Positions 51,019 to 63,900 of a stretch of 64,000 bases of DNA are shown in pieces (the first letter of the stretch is position 1; each line of letters starts with the position of its first letter). The notes beneath the pieces were generated by a model. That model worked only from the letters and a program-made list of their open reading frames with translations, did not search any database and was not told the DNA's origin. Both the position numbers and the translations under genes were made by a program. Source of the stretch: Phoronis australis (Eukaryota > Animalia > Phoronida); the NCBI GenBank assembly GCA_002633005.1, contig NMRA01000102.1:726345-790344 (forward strand). The letters run 5' to 3'.

Positions 51019-54000
51019 TGGGTATCTCATATTATTGTGAACAACAGATTATATTCATAAACAATTTTTGATATTATATATGAATTTTCGCGAAAGTATA
51101 TTCCTTAAGCGATGTTAAGAAAACCGTGAACCATTGCTTTGCGAAACAGAAACATAATTTCATCCCAAAACATAGCCAACAGGATTTCCAACCTCGTCAA
51201 CCAACCCCAAACATACTGTACGGAAGGCAATTCTAGCTCCAAAGCTCTGTATTTTCAATTAATGAATGCCCTTTCTTTCAAGGGAAGCCATATGTACAAA
51301 AGACAACATCTAGATATTTAAGCAAGTAGGAAATTCTCGCGCAGATAAAGACTGAGGGATGATTTATTTACAAAGATCAACAAGAGTTTCTTTTGATATT
51401 TTAAGAAAGTTAAACACTGCCGCGTGCTTATGGCAATCCTTATAAATATACATTTCTCTAAGTTCAGTGTGCTTATCAGTTTATGAGAAAAATGATATTC
51501 GTTCTCAGTAATATTGAGACGGAAGGGACACACTGTGTCTCCCTGGTCAAAATCTAAGTATAAACCTACGTCAATTCACAGATTGTGATTTTAACAACGA
51601 AAGGGCGTCATGACCCCACTCTGTACACGGGTGTACATGTACTTAAACTGAGGTATTTTTCCAAATTGAATTAAAACGTATGATTGTGTATAACAATACA
51701 CTTTAGGATCAAACACTTCATTTTGTAGGCAACCATTTACGTAGTTTTCAGCCAGTGAATTTTCACATACAGTACGACATCTTGGTTCAGCCAAACATAG
51801 TAGAATCTCGACAACACGAGTTTGGCTGAAGAAGTCAGAGTTCGTGAGTACTAAACACTTTTGTCCAAGTCGTGCAAATTGTCACAAGTTTCCCTTGATA
51901 GGACGAGGAGACATTTTGTCATGTCTGAACCAATATTTGGTAATCGTGACATAGTTGTTGCTGAATAACAGCAACCTGCCACCGTTCGCTCAACACCACA
52001 TCATTTGAGCCAGGAATTAGCTACACTCTTTTACAGTTGAGAATGGTAGCACTGTGCATGAAATCTGGAAAACCCCTTCCCGTTTAGTGGTACGAGTAGT
52101 ATAGGCAACCACCTTTGACTCAAATAGTTGCAATTTATTAAAACGGCAATGAGCGAAGTGAACAAAGTCAGGGGAACCTCGATCCAGTGACTAAGCCCAT
52201 TCAAGTACAGTGCATAAAAACGTGTGCAAGTGGTGACGACGTGATGTGTATACTTCCGACCAAGGCATGCGCACTGATGCCCAGACAAGAAATTTCGTGT
52301 GTTGTCCATCACGTTTCCACAGGGCCACTTTTCATTATAGGTGGCGCTGTGTGAGAGGGTAGGAATTAGCTACAGTGCCCTTTTTACGAGATTTAATACG
52401 CATCCGTATTCTTGGAAGAGCCATACAGTTGTATTTCGTCTCCAGGAAACTGAGTAGAGGGAATCATTTTATCAAATAAGGAAACGCTACACGCGGTTGT
52501 AAGATGGACAATTTTTGTGTACTTTATCTTAGGCAATCGTAATTGCCATACCTTGGGCTGACAAGGTCTGAATACCTGCAGTGGTTGACAATAATTTTAA
52601 AGTGAACACACAACTAAGATACTGATAACTGAAAACAAAATAACGAAATAAAAACAACGAAAAGAAGAAATCAGTGGATGCATAACAGACCAGAAAGACT
52701 GCATTTCAGTGATGTCCAACTCGCAGCAGGACTAAAGCGCGAAATTACAAGTTTATGCGCATATTATTCCTTGTAAATTAGTTATAAATCATACGTCCAA
52801 ATACCCACCAATATTTCTCAGCATGTACTGATATTCAGCAGGTGCAACACCGTGAGGCCATATTCTCCTGTCAAATTCCTAAATCAACACATCTTATGTT
52901 TTTTTCCGTTTTCTAGCTCTTGTAAAATTTTCATTCATAGTTTTGTTGCACACGAAGTGACACTGAAGTGCATTTTTAATGGCTTGGAAAATTTCAGTTC
53001 TCGAAACTTCAGCATTCTTTCATTGGCTAAAATATGAAGCCAAATGGCAGCAAAAGTCGTCTTGCTTTGGTCCCTATTAGCCGTTACTATACAAGTAGGA
53101 ATTTGCAAGTCATACATGACAAACGAAACGAAAACGAACGCCAATCAACCCGACAGCATAAAACAAATCCGCCATGGATCACATTTTCCCGGTCGTCATA
53201 TCTGACCCTCTTCCTGTCTTCGCTGTCATGCGAGAGTGTGCACTTTCCCTTCCTGTACCCGGCTTTGCGTATTTTTTTTAATTCTGTGACTGGAATACTG
53301 GCCTGATCCGGAATGTATACGATCTACGGATATTTGGCTGTAAAGCGTAACATGATAAATAGAGAAGGTGCTCCAATAAGGTCATAGCGAATCTTCCGTT
53401 GGTTTCGGGACTCTTAACTACAGTTAAGACCTGTGCCCTTCGGTTATCTACATTAGCCGGCAGCAGCTTTTTGACCAGAAAATGACAACCAGATAGATTG
53501 TGAGCGTGACAGAAAAGGTTATTAACAGGTATTTCGATTTACATCTGGAAACTGCAGGTTCAATGAAAAAATGCAGTAATTTACCCTACCGCTGTCGTCT
53601 AATTGTTTGACTACGTTTATCTCCGTTTGTGATTTTTACGCACCTGTTCCGGGATTTTGCTTATTTCTTTTCAACCGGTACACCGATTTCCAATTTTTTG
53701 TGTGAATTACTCAGCAAAGTGCGCCAAAAATTTTCATTGAATTATTTTATCGAGACTTAAAATTAGGTATTTTCTGCCACTCCTGCTTCTAATAAATCGA
53801 GGAATAGGTTTGCTACTGAAATGAAAAGGAAGACAAGCATTCTTTATAGCTGTATTAAGCACCTATAACACAACTGTTTCAAATACATAACTACAATTTA
53901 TACTCGCAAAAAACGAAAAAGATAAATTTTAACGTAGGAATTTTTTCGAAAAAAAAAATATTTGTTGATGTTCCACAGCCTGCAATATTTATATTATACT

Positions 54001-55408
54001 TTAAAGCATTATTAATTTTTTCAGAAAAGTATATACAAATCTCGTTGATTGAAAGTAGAGGGAACTATACAAATCAGTTGGTGAGTCAGCGCACAGGACC
54101 ACGTCATCGGCATTTTAAGAATACCTTCACGTCAGTGACAATTTGAAACATACCTTCGTCATTGCTAGAATGATCACACTCTACGAATTCGTTGAAATAC
54201 CAAATAAGCAAACAATGCTACAATAAGAAGTCAGTAGTGCCATCTGGCGTTCTCACACACGTACGAAGTTTGTTATACATTGACTTCAGGGTCTCAAAGA
54301 GTAACCAGCATCTTCAACTTTTTGCAGCTTAAGCTAAAACAATTTAAGGTAATTTTATCAAACGCTTTAGTGAAATCAATGAAAAATATTTCTCTGGAAA
54401 ATAGCTGACAATGTGAAAATTTAATCAACACTAACTGGTCTCCGAACGCCTTTGTGCCTTTTCAATGTTAAATCCGACCGAGTGGGAGATTTCTAATTTC
54501 ATGTAGGGCATAACTTCATGTATCGATTCCTGCAAGTTGACGCCGGGGTCAGCGATTCACGGTACCATCACATTCTTGCATCTAACGTAGCTGTACTCTA
54601 TCTTGTTTTCATGAACGTCCATTTTCACCACATTTTCTTCACGCAGGTCGTCCATGTCCAAGACTCGTGCGACAAGCGAGTCGAGTTGCTCGTGCTTTGT
54701 TAGCTTATAGTTTATGTCACGTGACAATGTCAGTACCCGGCTCAGTCATTGTATACTTGTTGCCCGTATACTCAGTGCGGGAGATTATAGCTGGACGCCA
54801 TCGTCGTCACTTACTCTTAGTCGTTACAGAACTCGGCTCCCATTCTTCACCACTCCCGTGATTTCTATTGGCCATTTTGTATTTTTGTACGAGCCTTACC
54901 CAACGAACGATGAATAATGATGCTTAATACAATCTCTGAATTTTTTCAGTTTATCCACAATTTTCACCTCGTCCCTTTTAAACCGACCGTTCCAACTCGC
55001 ACTAACACTATCTGGGCAAAACAGTTCCGTAAAAGTACACAAGACTCCTCTCATAATTCAAGATTCCCTGACGTATCGTTTTAGCGGAGACATTTTCCTA
55101 GTGTACGCAACTAAGGTCCAGATATTACTTTCGAAACACTGGCCTTTCTCTACTGGGGTGATTTAGCGAGATCTTGTGTGGACTTCATGGCTTTTCTCGT
55201 GAGAAAATTTGGTCCCAGATAACGCACCCCAGGAAGTTTCATATGTTCGTCATTGTAGACGTTCGAGAGAAAAAACGTTAAGGTCATTGCACCGAGAATT
55301 TCAAACTTCCATGGTTCAGCTAACAAAGAAGAACACTGAGTGTGAGAGTGAGGAGTATAGGCTTAGGGATTTGATTCCTAGTCACGCCTACGCAATTTCA
55401 TCAGGCCT

Positions 55409-55669
55409 TCATTGATTACCTCTATTCAGTGGAGTTCTTTCGTTACAGTGTTTTTTCGCCACCAATTTATCGCCACACACATGATTATAAGATATCGGTG
55501 CCGCTGCCGTCCTTCCCAGAATGCCCCTGCTCATTTGAGTACGTGAGCAAAAATTTCTCACCGAATTGCTCACGTTCTTACATGATGTCATAAGACGGTG
55601 TCGTATCTTGGGTGTGCAGAAACAGAAAAGAACGCTATTGGCGAATCCTTGCGAACTGTCTCCTATGGC
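55409..55669 (-). CDS. GPR157-like (cAMP-receptor-like) 7TM protein, terminal exon (TM7 + tail)
   Basis: Acceptor ttctatttttctag| then AIGDSSQGFANSVLFCFCTPKIRHRL...ERTPLNRGNQ*. Phase 0, in frame with the preceding exon. Confidence 0.85.
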   Translation of the reverse strand, partial: AIGDSSQGFANSVLFCFCTPKIRHRLMTSCKNVSNSVRNFCSRTQMSRGILGRTAAAPISYNHVCGDKLVAKKHCNERTPLNRGNQ

Positions 55670-56579
55670 CTAGAAAAATAGAACAAAACTGTAACCAAAC
55701 TTGAATGCATTGGCCGAATTTAACATAAGCAACAAGGTTTTCTATGGAGCTGGTTTCATGGTCATATAATCAAAGAACCAGCATATTTGGCGCTACTTAT
55801 GAGTGAGAACTTAAAGCACTTTCACAGAACAGTGATTTTCATTACGTTTTCCAGATTTTGACACAGCTGACTAAAACTGAATGGCACAATCTGAGTAAAT
55901 AGCCCGCGGAAATGTGTAATAAATCTATGTATTTGGCTAAGTTGCCCTGTTCATCTCGTCCGCAGTCTGTTTTATCTACATTAATTGACGGATTTGGGCA
56001 CATTTAGATGATGGAAACGTATATGTGTGCTCAACACGAGGGGCGCAACCATCAAGTTATAATTGAAACTTAACGCTAAAAGCGACCAGTAGCTTGGCAC
56101 TTTTTACTGCCGCTTTCCAACTTTACGCAGTGTAACGTGCAGAGTTTCAAGTGGAGTTTTGAGTAAAGTTTGGTGATCTCGAGACACGATTCCAACGAGA
56201 TGTGCCCTAGTGCCACTGAGATTTCTACCAAATGGTCCTTGGTCAAACAAATTCCACACTCTTCTTTCAGCCCCAGTTGCAAACGGACCAGATGTTTGGC
56301 GGCAGTAGTGCTTTTGTTGCCGACAATATTAGCTACATATAAGCCCTTCAAAATAACTTTACAACAAACGAAGTTTAGTTAATGTTTAAGTATGCCAGGT
56401 TTATGCATTAACCCACACGTAGATGCAGGCCTATCTAGTCTCTTTTTGCCAGTCTCTCTGCAATCATTGGCGGAACATTACAACAGTTCAAATTCTTGAT
56501 TCGAATTGTAGATTTTACATACTCGTACATAAACGTTTCCAATTTGACCATGCGAAAGTATAAAATACATTTATAATAC

Positions 56580-56765
56580 CTGAAGCAACTCCAGGGGTAC
56601 ACTGATGACCGACTTCCCTTGTGTATGGATGTCTACAAGAAACCGTACTGTGCCCCAGATGCGTAGTAATACAAACACAACCGGGACAAATGCTAACTTC
56701 TTGTTGGCTTGCGAAATGACCATCAATGTATCTTGAGAGACGTAATGAAGGTTTTCGTTTCTCAT
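56580..56765 (-). CDS. GPR157-like 7TM protein, penultimate exon (ICL3-TM6-ECL3)
   Basis: Acceptor tctctttttctgtcag|, 186 nt, ...ANKKLAFVPVVFVLLRIWGTVRFL...LELLQ|gt. KKL.F.P..F.LLR.WGT.RF followed by IGDSSQGFAN is characteristic of GPR157-like proteins. Confidence 0.88.
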
Positions 56766-57392
56766 CTGACAGAAAAAGAGAAACAGAGGTCAAAGAATAC
56801 AGCAAGTAGAAAGCAGCAAATGAATATGTATCAGTACCTCTTTGTGTTGTGTCAGGTTCAAGTAATATTCAAAGGGATACTAGACAGAATATTAATTCTG
56901 CCACATATAAATTCAATATAAGATTACTACAAGCATAGAGCTTTTAATAATTTGACAGCAAAGGAGACGTCAATGTACTGAAAATGTTGCGCATGTCAAG
57001 GTGCTCTGAACGTAGATCCTATGTGAATGTGGAGAATCCTCCATTGGCAAACATCAAGGTCACTTGAAACCAGGATTTGAGAATACAAGTTAATGCTGCA
57101 GAGAAGACAATGAATCAAAGGGGATCGCAGAGCGCATGTGGACGAAGCAACAAACTAACATTCAGTGGAAAAAAAGTCGGATATTTGACTGAGCCACAGA
57201 GGCTGGACCGAAAGAAGTATCAAAGAAGTCCATGCACATGGGGCTACAAGTTATGTCTTCAGTCAGCCCAGCAATCATCAAAGTCACACCTGGCTCTACC
57301 ACTCCTAGGGAAGATATAAGTATAACAAATACCCCCAAAGTTAATGGTTGACTCAGTGGCGAAGCTAATAAAGTGCTGCACAGACAATTTAA

Positions 57393-58342
57393 AGGAGAAG
57401 GCAATCATTTCACGTGTCATTTTTAGTAAAATTACGGTTCGTTGATTACCCCAGACATTTGTTTCGATTAATAAAGGCTTGCTGTAATTTTGTTATTTAG
57501 TCGTACCTCACTACGGAAGTGACGTTTAGGGGGTTAAGAATTTCGACGTACCCCAGAACGTGTTATTCCTGGAACTATCATTGATTCTTCTTGTGCTGGT
57601 GTTGCCTCCAGCCCAGAGCTTGTAAGCAGCCCGAAGTTGAGTTGTGGGAGTCAATACAGGCCAAGTTCGACTCCCATTGAGGAGGACAGTTCAGTAGTCA
57701 AGCCGGTGAGTCAAACTGTGATAAGTTTAGGGTGGACTTAACTAAAGTATTGGAGCTATTTAAAAGGTGCCAAGGATGTGACCAGGGAGTCACACGACTA
57801 ATGAAACCGGTTTGGGTACTCAGGTCATCATCCAGTGGGAACAGAATAGGCACTCTATTGAGGTCGGCATAACAGTGCACACCTCGCATTTGCACCAAGA
57901 CATCCCACCACGTCTGTCCTCGGTCTCTGCCTCATCCCTCTCAACAGCTGTCTGTATTCTGTCTCACTATACTCGGGCTCAAACATATATCCACCCACTG
58001 CTAATACATACATGTACTAAAGGATTCCTAAGTCCAACGTACTTAACTGAGTTCTCTAACAACCTACATGTAGCTTGTCGTAGAAAACTCGTCGATGGGA
58101 CGAGGTGACGACAATTTTAGGAATCCAGCACAAGCAACACTAGATTAGATCCTCTGATCACAGTTACTCGAACGCACTAAAAACAAAATGGCAGGAAATT
58201 TCAACCACCTAACGTCACTTCCGAAGTAATGCACGAATAATTAATATAATTGCGAAGAGTCGTAATTAACTGAAGCATATGTCTGGGATAATCAACGAAC
58301 TGCATTTTATGAAAAAATGACACGATAAGCTTGCCTTCTTCT
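57393..58342. mobile_element. Non-autonomous Kolobok-type DNA transposon (TTAA TSD, AG termini, ~140-bp imperfect TIRs)
   Basis: TTAA|aggagaaggcaa...gtgtcatttt...gttcgttgatta.cccagacat...cggaagtgacgtt is mirrored by aacgtcacttccg...atgtctggga.taatcaacgaac...aaaatgacac...ttgccttcttct|TTAA. Confidence 0.85.
57830..58000 (-). pseudogene. KolX / P2X7-C-terminal-like ORF relic inside the Kolobok element
   Basis: GYMFEPEYSETE, then (frameshift) EDRRGGMSWCKCEVCTVMPTSIECLFCSH, matching the YxFEPE and WCxCxxCxxMPTxxECxCC signatures. Confidence 0.8.
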
Positions 58343-58540
58343 TTAAAGGTCCCTTGTTCAATTCGCATCACCAGATTAAATTCGTGACCTAGGTCAACCT
58401 AAAAGCGGATAGATCATCGTGTGAATATTTGTCAATCATAGTCTAGGTCAGAGGTCAGTTCCTTCGTTTGCTTTTCACAAACAAGAGGACGAAGGAGGTA
58501 GACAACCTACTTTGAATCAAAACGGTATGAACAGATGGAT

Positions 58541-59510
58541 CTAGGAGGCCCGAGGTGTCCAGGCATACCCTGTTCGAACGATAAAAATGGAACCGACGAG
58601 AGCTTGTACTTCAATAATTGACGCCAAGTCAATTGCAAGGCTATCACGAGGGTTTGCCCTTGGAAAAGTTAGGTCAGTGGCCCCATACTGACTTCCGGCA
58701 TCCGCTTCTGTGTATGTTTTCCTAATGAATGTGATGCCTTCAACGACAGCATCAATGAAAAAACACGAGAAACAACAACATACTATTAAAAAAGATACGG
58801 TACAACCATAATCTAGCTGCGCCTCATGCAGTGCTGTCTGTTTGCGATGACTTGAGAATTTAAACTCTTTAGCAAATAGAAAACTGCATGACCGACTGGC
58901 TGTTTCAATAAAGTGGAAATCGACATCTACATTCCGAGCTAAGTCTACACAATAGAGCTTGTAAATCACATTACGACCACGAAACAATAAGTGACTGATT
59001 TTTATATTTGTGCCCGTCAACCCGTTTTCAACACCCAAGTGGATATCAATTTGTTTTGAAAATTCGTTCAAAAACTGCATAGGTTTAATTTGAAAATGAA
59101 TTTGCGCACACATAATGCCTTCCAGGCGTTTGGTTGCGTACCATTAAGGAAACGTGTACTTCTGCCTCAATAAATTCGGTTGTTTTCCATGATTAGGTAA
59201 TATTGGTATTAATTTGGCTATGGCATATTAAATAATTTGCCCAAATCCGCAGTGCTGGGGAAAGGTGTTCCCCCAATACGGGTATTACTGTAGCAGGTCG
59301 TCAAAAAGCATCGTTCATCGAAAGGAAATGTGGCGCCTGATAGTCCGATGCCATCGTCGTTATCCAGAAAAAAGACTTTAATGTAGCAGATAACAAGGTA
59401 GGCGTATTATGTACAAGTGGTTTATTTTCATTTATCCAAATATTTGATACATTTTCCATGAAACTAGTGCAGCTTTGGGAATACCCATAGGTTGTCGTTA
59501 ACATGACGCT
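58541..59510 (-). pseudogene. Possible decayed Methuselah-like GPCR ectodomain/TM1 relic
   Basis: The order of motifs (SCTSFM; RCFLTTC; CAQIHF...YCVD; hydrophobic YGCTVSFLIVCCCFSCF) loosely parallels the receptor at 17 kb. Stops and frameshifts are present and no further TMs were recovered. Confidence 0.3.
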
Positions 59511-60303
59511 GTAAAGACAATCGACAAACGTGGTTTCTTATAATTCTTGGATGCAATCTTTCAGAGTTCTCCTAAAGTCGCGTTTCAGATTGGCTCACGA
59601 ATTTTGGATATGTCTCACAAATTAGCAGGCCACAAAGTGGAGGCAATCTATTTGGGTACATTGGTTCGGCCCACTCTTGCGTTCACTTGAAGAGGTTTGT
59701 GTTACCAACTAATATGTAAAACGACATGAGTGTCACCGCTTGGTGCTTCCGCTACAACCGTCTCAACAGAAGTAAGATGTTGGATTTTTGTGGATTTCTT
59801 AACAGACACTTCTAATCTAATAAGTGAGTGAAATTCTTCTGAAAATTTATTAAATCCGTTCCAGTTTGTGGTTCATAGGGTTTCATTATTTTATATTCTA
59901 TTTTACTGACTTTCTTACGTCTACGGAATTTCAACGTTTTGAATTTTACTCAGAACACTTATGCCGTTGATTTTTCTTTAATGTTTCACTTTAAACCTAT
60001 CATTTTAAACAAAAAATGATGGGATTTTTCCTCAAACAGCGTCACATGGTATCAATGTGCTATTTAACCTTATGTGTCAAGATCTCGATTGTCCCAGATT
60101 TCTATATGGAATATGATATATTGTTCAGATTGGGAAATACGTTTAAGTTGATGTGAAAAATTAGGGCGAGGGGTTTGCTTCAAACTTTTCGTTTCTCCTC
60201 GAATTAAGTCACATAAAATGTCCACATGAATGTCCATATGAACATTTTCTTTCTAAATTCACTTTGATATACAGCTGTGGGGTATATGCAAATGAAACCC
60301 AGG

Positions 60304-60331
60304 CACACACACGCACACACGCACGCACACG
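60304..60331. repeat. Imperfect (CA)n microsatellite at the LINE 3' end
   Basis: cacacacacgcacacacgcacgcacacg. Confidence 0.8.
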
Positions 60332-60334
60332 TAT

Positions 60335-63300
60335 CTAAATAATAGATTTGCACGGTTGATCTCATCTAAATAAGTATTGAGGGTTTCCCAAAAGGCAGTT
60401 TTACAGGGTTGTATATTTGTTACTTTACAATAATTATACAAGAACCATTGAAATTGTGAATACCTAGGAATAATTCGGTGCCTAGATCATTTATGGTGAA
60501 ATACTGGCAAATAGTTAATAAGGTTTTGATATCTTTAAAATTATATCCGAAATATGCTGTTTAAATAACATTTTATCTAAGATTAAATCATGTTGTGCAG
60601 TTACCTACATGTAAATTAAAATTTTCGGGACTTCACACCACAAAGTTTTCACAGAACCACATTCCACAAACATATGGTTAAAAGTTTCAACAGTTCCACA
60701 AAATGCACACTTGTCATCACTTACTACTTTTTCAAATTCAGTTTTTAAGTACTTTTCTATGAATATAGAAATATTTAAAGGTTTTAACATGAGGAGGTCA
60801 CAAGAGTTTGTGTGGAAGAACATAAATTTGTTTAATTCGTTGTCTAGAGTAATTATCAGTTAAGCTGTACTCTATATCAGGAGGCGAAACAATTTTGGAA
60901 GACAAAATGCTTTTAGAAAACACTTTAGTAACTCCGCGTGACTAGGGAAGTATGCATTTTGAAATCAAAGGATCGAATATCAAATTAATTGCACGTCACA
61001 AAACAGCATAATTAATCCAATTTGAAAGTTTATATCTATTTTTCAAAACATCCCATGTCAGAAATTTATTTTCAAAATTCAAATGATCCTTCACAGAAAT
61101 ACCAACCTCAAAGAAACTTTTAAAGAATACAATCCTCCTGTTGGTCAATATGTTTCTGTTATTCCACACTACTTGGTTTACAATTGTTTTGTCCTTATGT
61201 AAATGAGCATTAATTTATCCCCAAGCAATCAAGATGTCCAGATAGAAGGTATCAATATTTGTAAGAGACAGAAAATTACAATCATATTCGGAATTAAAGA
61301 TCGAAATGCCCCTATATGTTTTGAAAACATACCGTGGAAACACTTTGAAAACTTCATTGTTTCCATCTAAGTAACACGTAACCCACTTAACTAGTAATGA
61401 CTTGTACATAATATTTACATCAAGAACTGACAAACCACCATTTTCATGGGAATTTACAGCCACTTTTTTGTAATTCTAGGTGGTTTATTTTGCCAAACAT
61501 TGTTTTCAGTTTATTATTTATCTTAGCTCTACGTTCGCTGTCAATTCCTAAATTGAAAACATAAATTAACTTAGACAGCGCAAATATTTTATTTACATTG
61601 ATCCTTCCAAATAATGAAATATTGCGAATTTTCAAGACATCAAAAGTTTTTACACAAATTAATTTTTGAGTTCAAAATTTAAAAAATCGTTTTCTTTTTT
61701 GTTATGACTATTCCCAGTCTCTTGATTGGATTGCCAGTCCACTTGAAGCCATAAAGTGGTTCAGAACACTCTTTTTCTCGACCTAAATGTAACTCTTAAC
61801 ATTTCTTGATATTCATCTGTAGACCAGAAATTAAATCAAAATGTTCAAAAAAATTTGAGACAACTCATGCCAGAACTTTTGTCACGTAGAAATAAGGTAG
61901 TGAAATCTGCATACTGGAGAATTTTAACTTCATTTTTCTCAACATTTATCCCTTTAATTAAATTCAACTTTCGTATATAATTGGTCAGAAGTTCAACAGC
62001 TAGGCAAAATAATGGACCTGACATTGAATCACCCTGTCTTACACTCCTTTCTTAACGAAAGTAATCTGTTGTAAAACCATTATTGACAACACAAGCAGTT
62101 GGCTTATTATAGAATATTTCTACCCGTCGTGTAAAACCCTATCCAAAATTAAAAGCCTCCAAAATAAAGTCCCATTTCATTGTATCATACGCCTTGCAAA
62201 AGTCCAAAAATGAAATGTGTTCTTGGACATGAGTAATGTTTGTGTAAGAAATTTTATCCTGAATGATACGAATATCATATGCTATTTATCGTCCTTTAAC
62301 AGCTGTTTGACCTGGGTGAACCAGTTTTCCCATGATACTTTTTATAAGGGCTATAAGAACATTGAAAGTATTTTATAATCAGTATTCAATAGAGATATTG
62401 GACGCCAATTATCCAAGGACTGGAGCTCCGACATCATCTTTTGATTTGGGTAGGAGCGTTATTGCTCCTTGCCTCTGTGACGTACATAATTCCCCCATTG
62501 AAAAACTATATTCAAAAGCTTCAAATAAAGAGGTTTTAACTTCATGCCAGAAACATTTATAAAATTCGTAAGTTAGCTCGTCACTTCCTGGAGACTTAAT
62601 ATTTTTAAAAGTTTTTAAATCCTCATGAAATTCACCCTGTATTAAAGGTTCATCCAGTTCTTCAAAATTGCTGGGTGGTACATCACTGGCGATATTAAAT
62701 AGATCTGGTATAGTGGGTGGAGTTTCCACTTGACGATCTGTGAAAACAGAGGAGTAATAATGAGTCTATTCTGACCTGATACGTTGCAAATTGGACTTGG
62801 TTCTTTCCAAATTTTGTACAATTTCATCATCAATTTTTCCATCATTTAGTTCTTTTGTTAAGTTGTTGATAATTTCAATCAAATTCTCTTCCTCAGCATG
62901 TTTTAGTTACTTTTTCCTTTTGGAGTATTTCATAGTATGTTTCCTTATTTTCATTTTAACCATTTCCCATTTTGTATATTTATTGCTTAGATAATGATAC
63001 TCTTCAATACAGGTATTTATAATTATTTATATGTAAATTACATATTCTTCATCTTCGAAGAGACTATTATTAATTTTCTATAACCCATGCCCTCTCGGTA
63101 CTGTGTCTGCAAAAGAACAACGAAATTTGCCTACCGAGTGATACGAAAAAATATAATCACTTTGAATGGAATAATTCAAATCATCTTTGAAGTTATTTGA
63201 AAAGCAACTAGTATTCAATTCAGCTTTGTAATCTGTAGGAACTATTATGCCATGTATTCTGTTATTTGCCTGGATTCTAAAATCTCCAAACGTCGAAAAG

Positions 63301-63900
63301 ATGGAAAGACTCTGCAAAACCTTTAAGCTTGTCAATGACCGCTTGTTTATCTGTAATATCTCTTATTCCTTGTTGATCAATTTTTCCTAATGGGCAATCA
63401 AAATTGCCAGTATAAAAATAAATATTATCGTTTTTTTACATACATGTATCTTTGGAAAGTATTATTTAACTTGTCCAAAAACATTAATCGAGATCTATTT
63501 TCATTTGGAAAATAAACGTCTATGAAAATATAATTGTGACCATCCACATCAACATTTTGATTTAAATATTTTGTGTGAACTAAAAATAATGTTGGCAAAA
63601 ACAAGAGTATCATTAATGGCAAAAAAACCATATTCAAGTAAGTTATTTGTAAATACAAAAGAGCCTGAATACCAATACCACACAACGTTGCACGGCATAT
63701 AATATATTAACGATGTCTCTACACACGTTGAGAATTGTGCTATCAATGTTATCATTGTGATATCATTTGAGCACAGTATATGAAAAGGCAGATATCATTA
63801 TGATGTGTTTTCAATATTTTTACCGTCAAATTTAACATTTTCCCAAGTTTTACATGTCTCGATACCTTGGAAATCTAGTGAAAGTATATTTAGGCAAAAT
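60335..63900 (-). mobile_element. L1-clade (Tx1-like) LINE ORF2 (APE endonuclease, RT, C-terminal CCHC), decayed
   Basis: LNILSL..G (APE start); IFIDVYFPN; KSPGSDELTYEFYKCFW; SQRQGAITLLPK; WRPIS; VRQGDSMSGPLFCLAVE; ILQYADFTTLFL; ENGGLSVLD; CAFCGTVETFNHMFVEC..V..LW. Many stops and frameshifts. Confidence 0.93.

Noticed and set aside
4980-59292. TACAGTA/TACTGTA as a third footprint class
   Set aside because: About 11 were seen, which is no more than base composition predicts, and no paralog pair shows them as insertions.
59301-59504. SFFWITTMA as a possible GPR157 TM3 exon
   Set aside because: The flanking residues are not hydrophobic enough for TM2-TM3, and no compatible splice donor was found.
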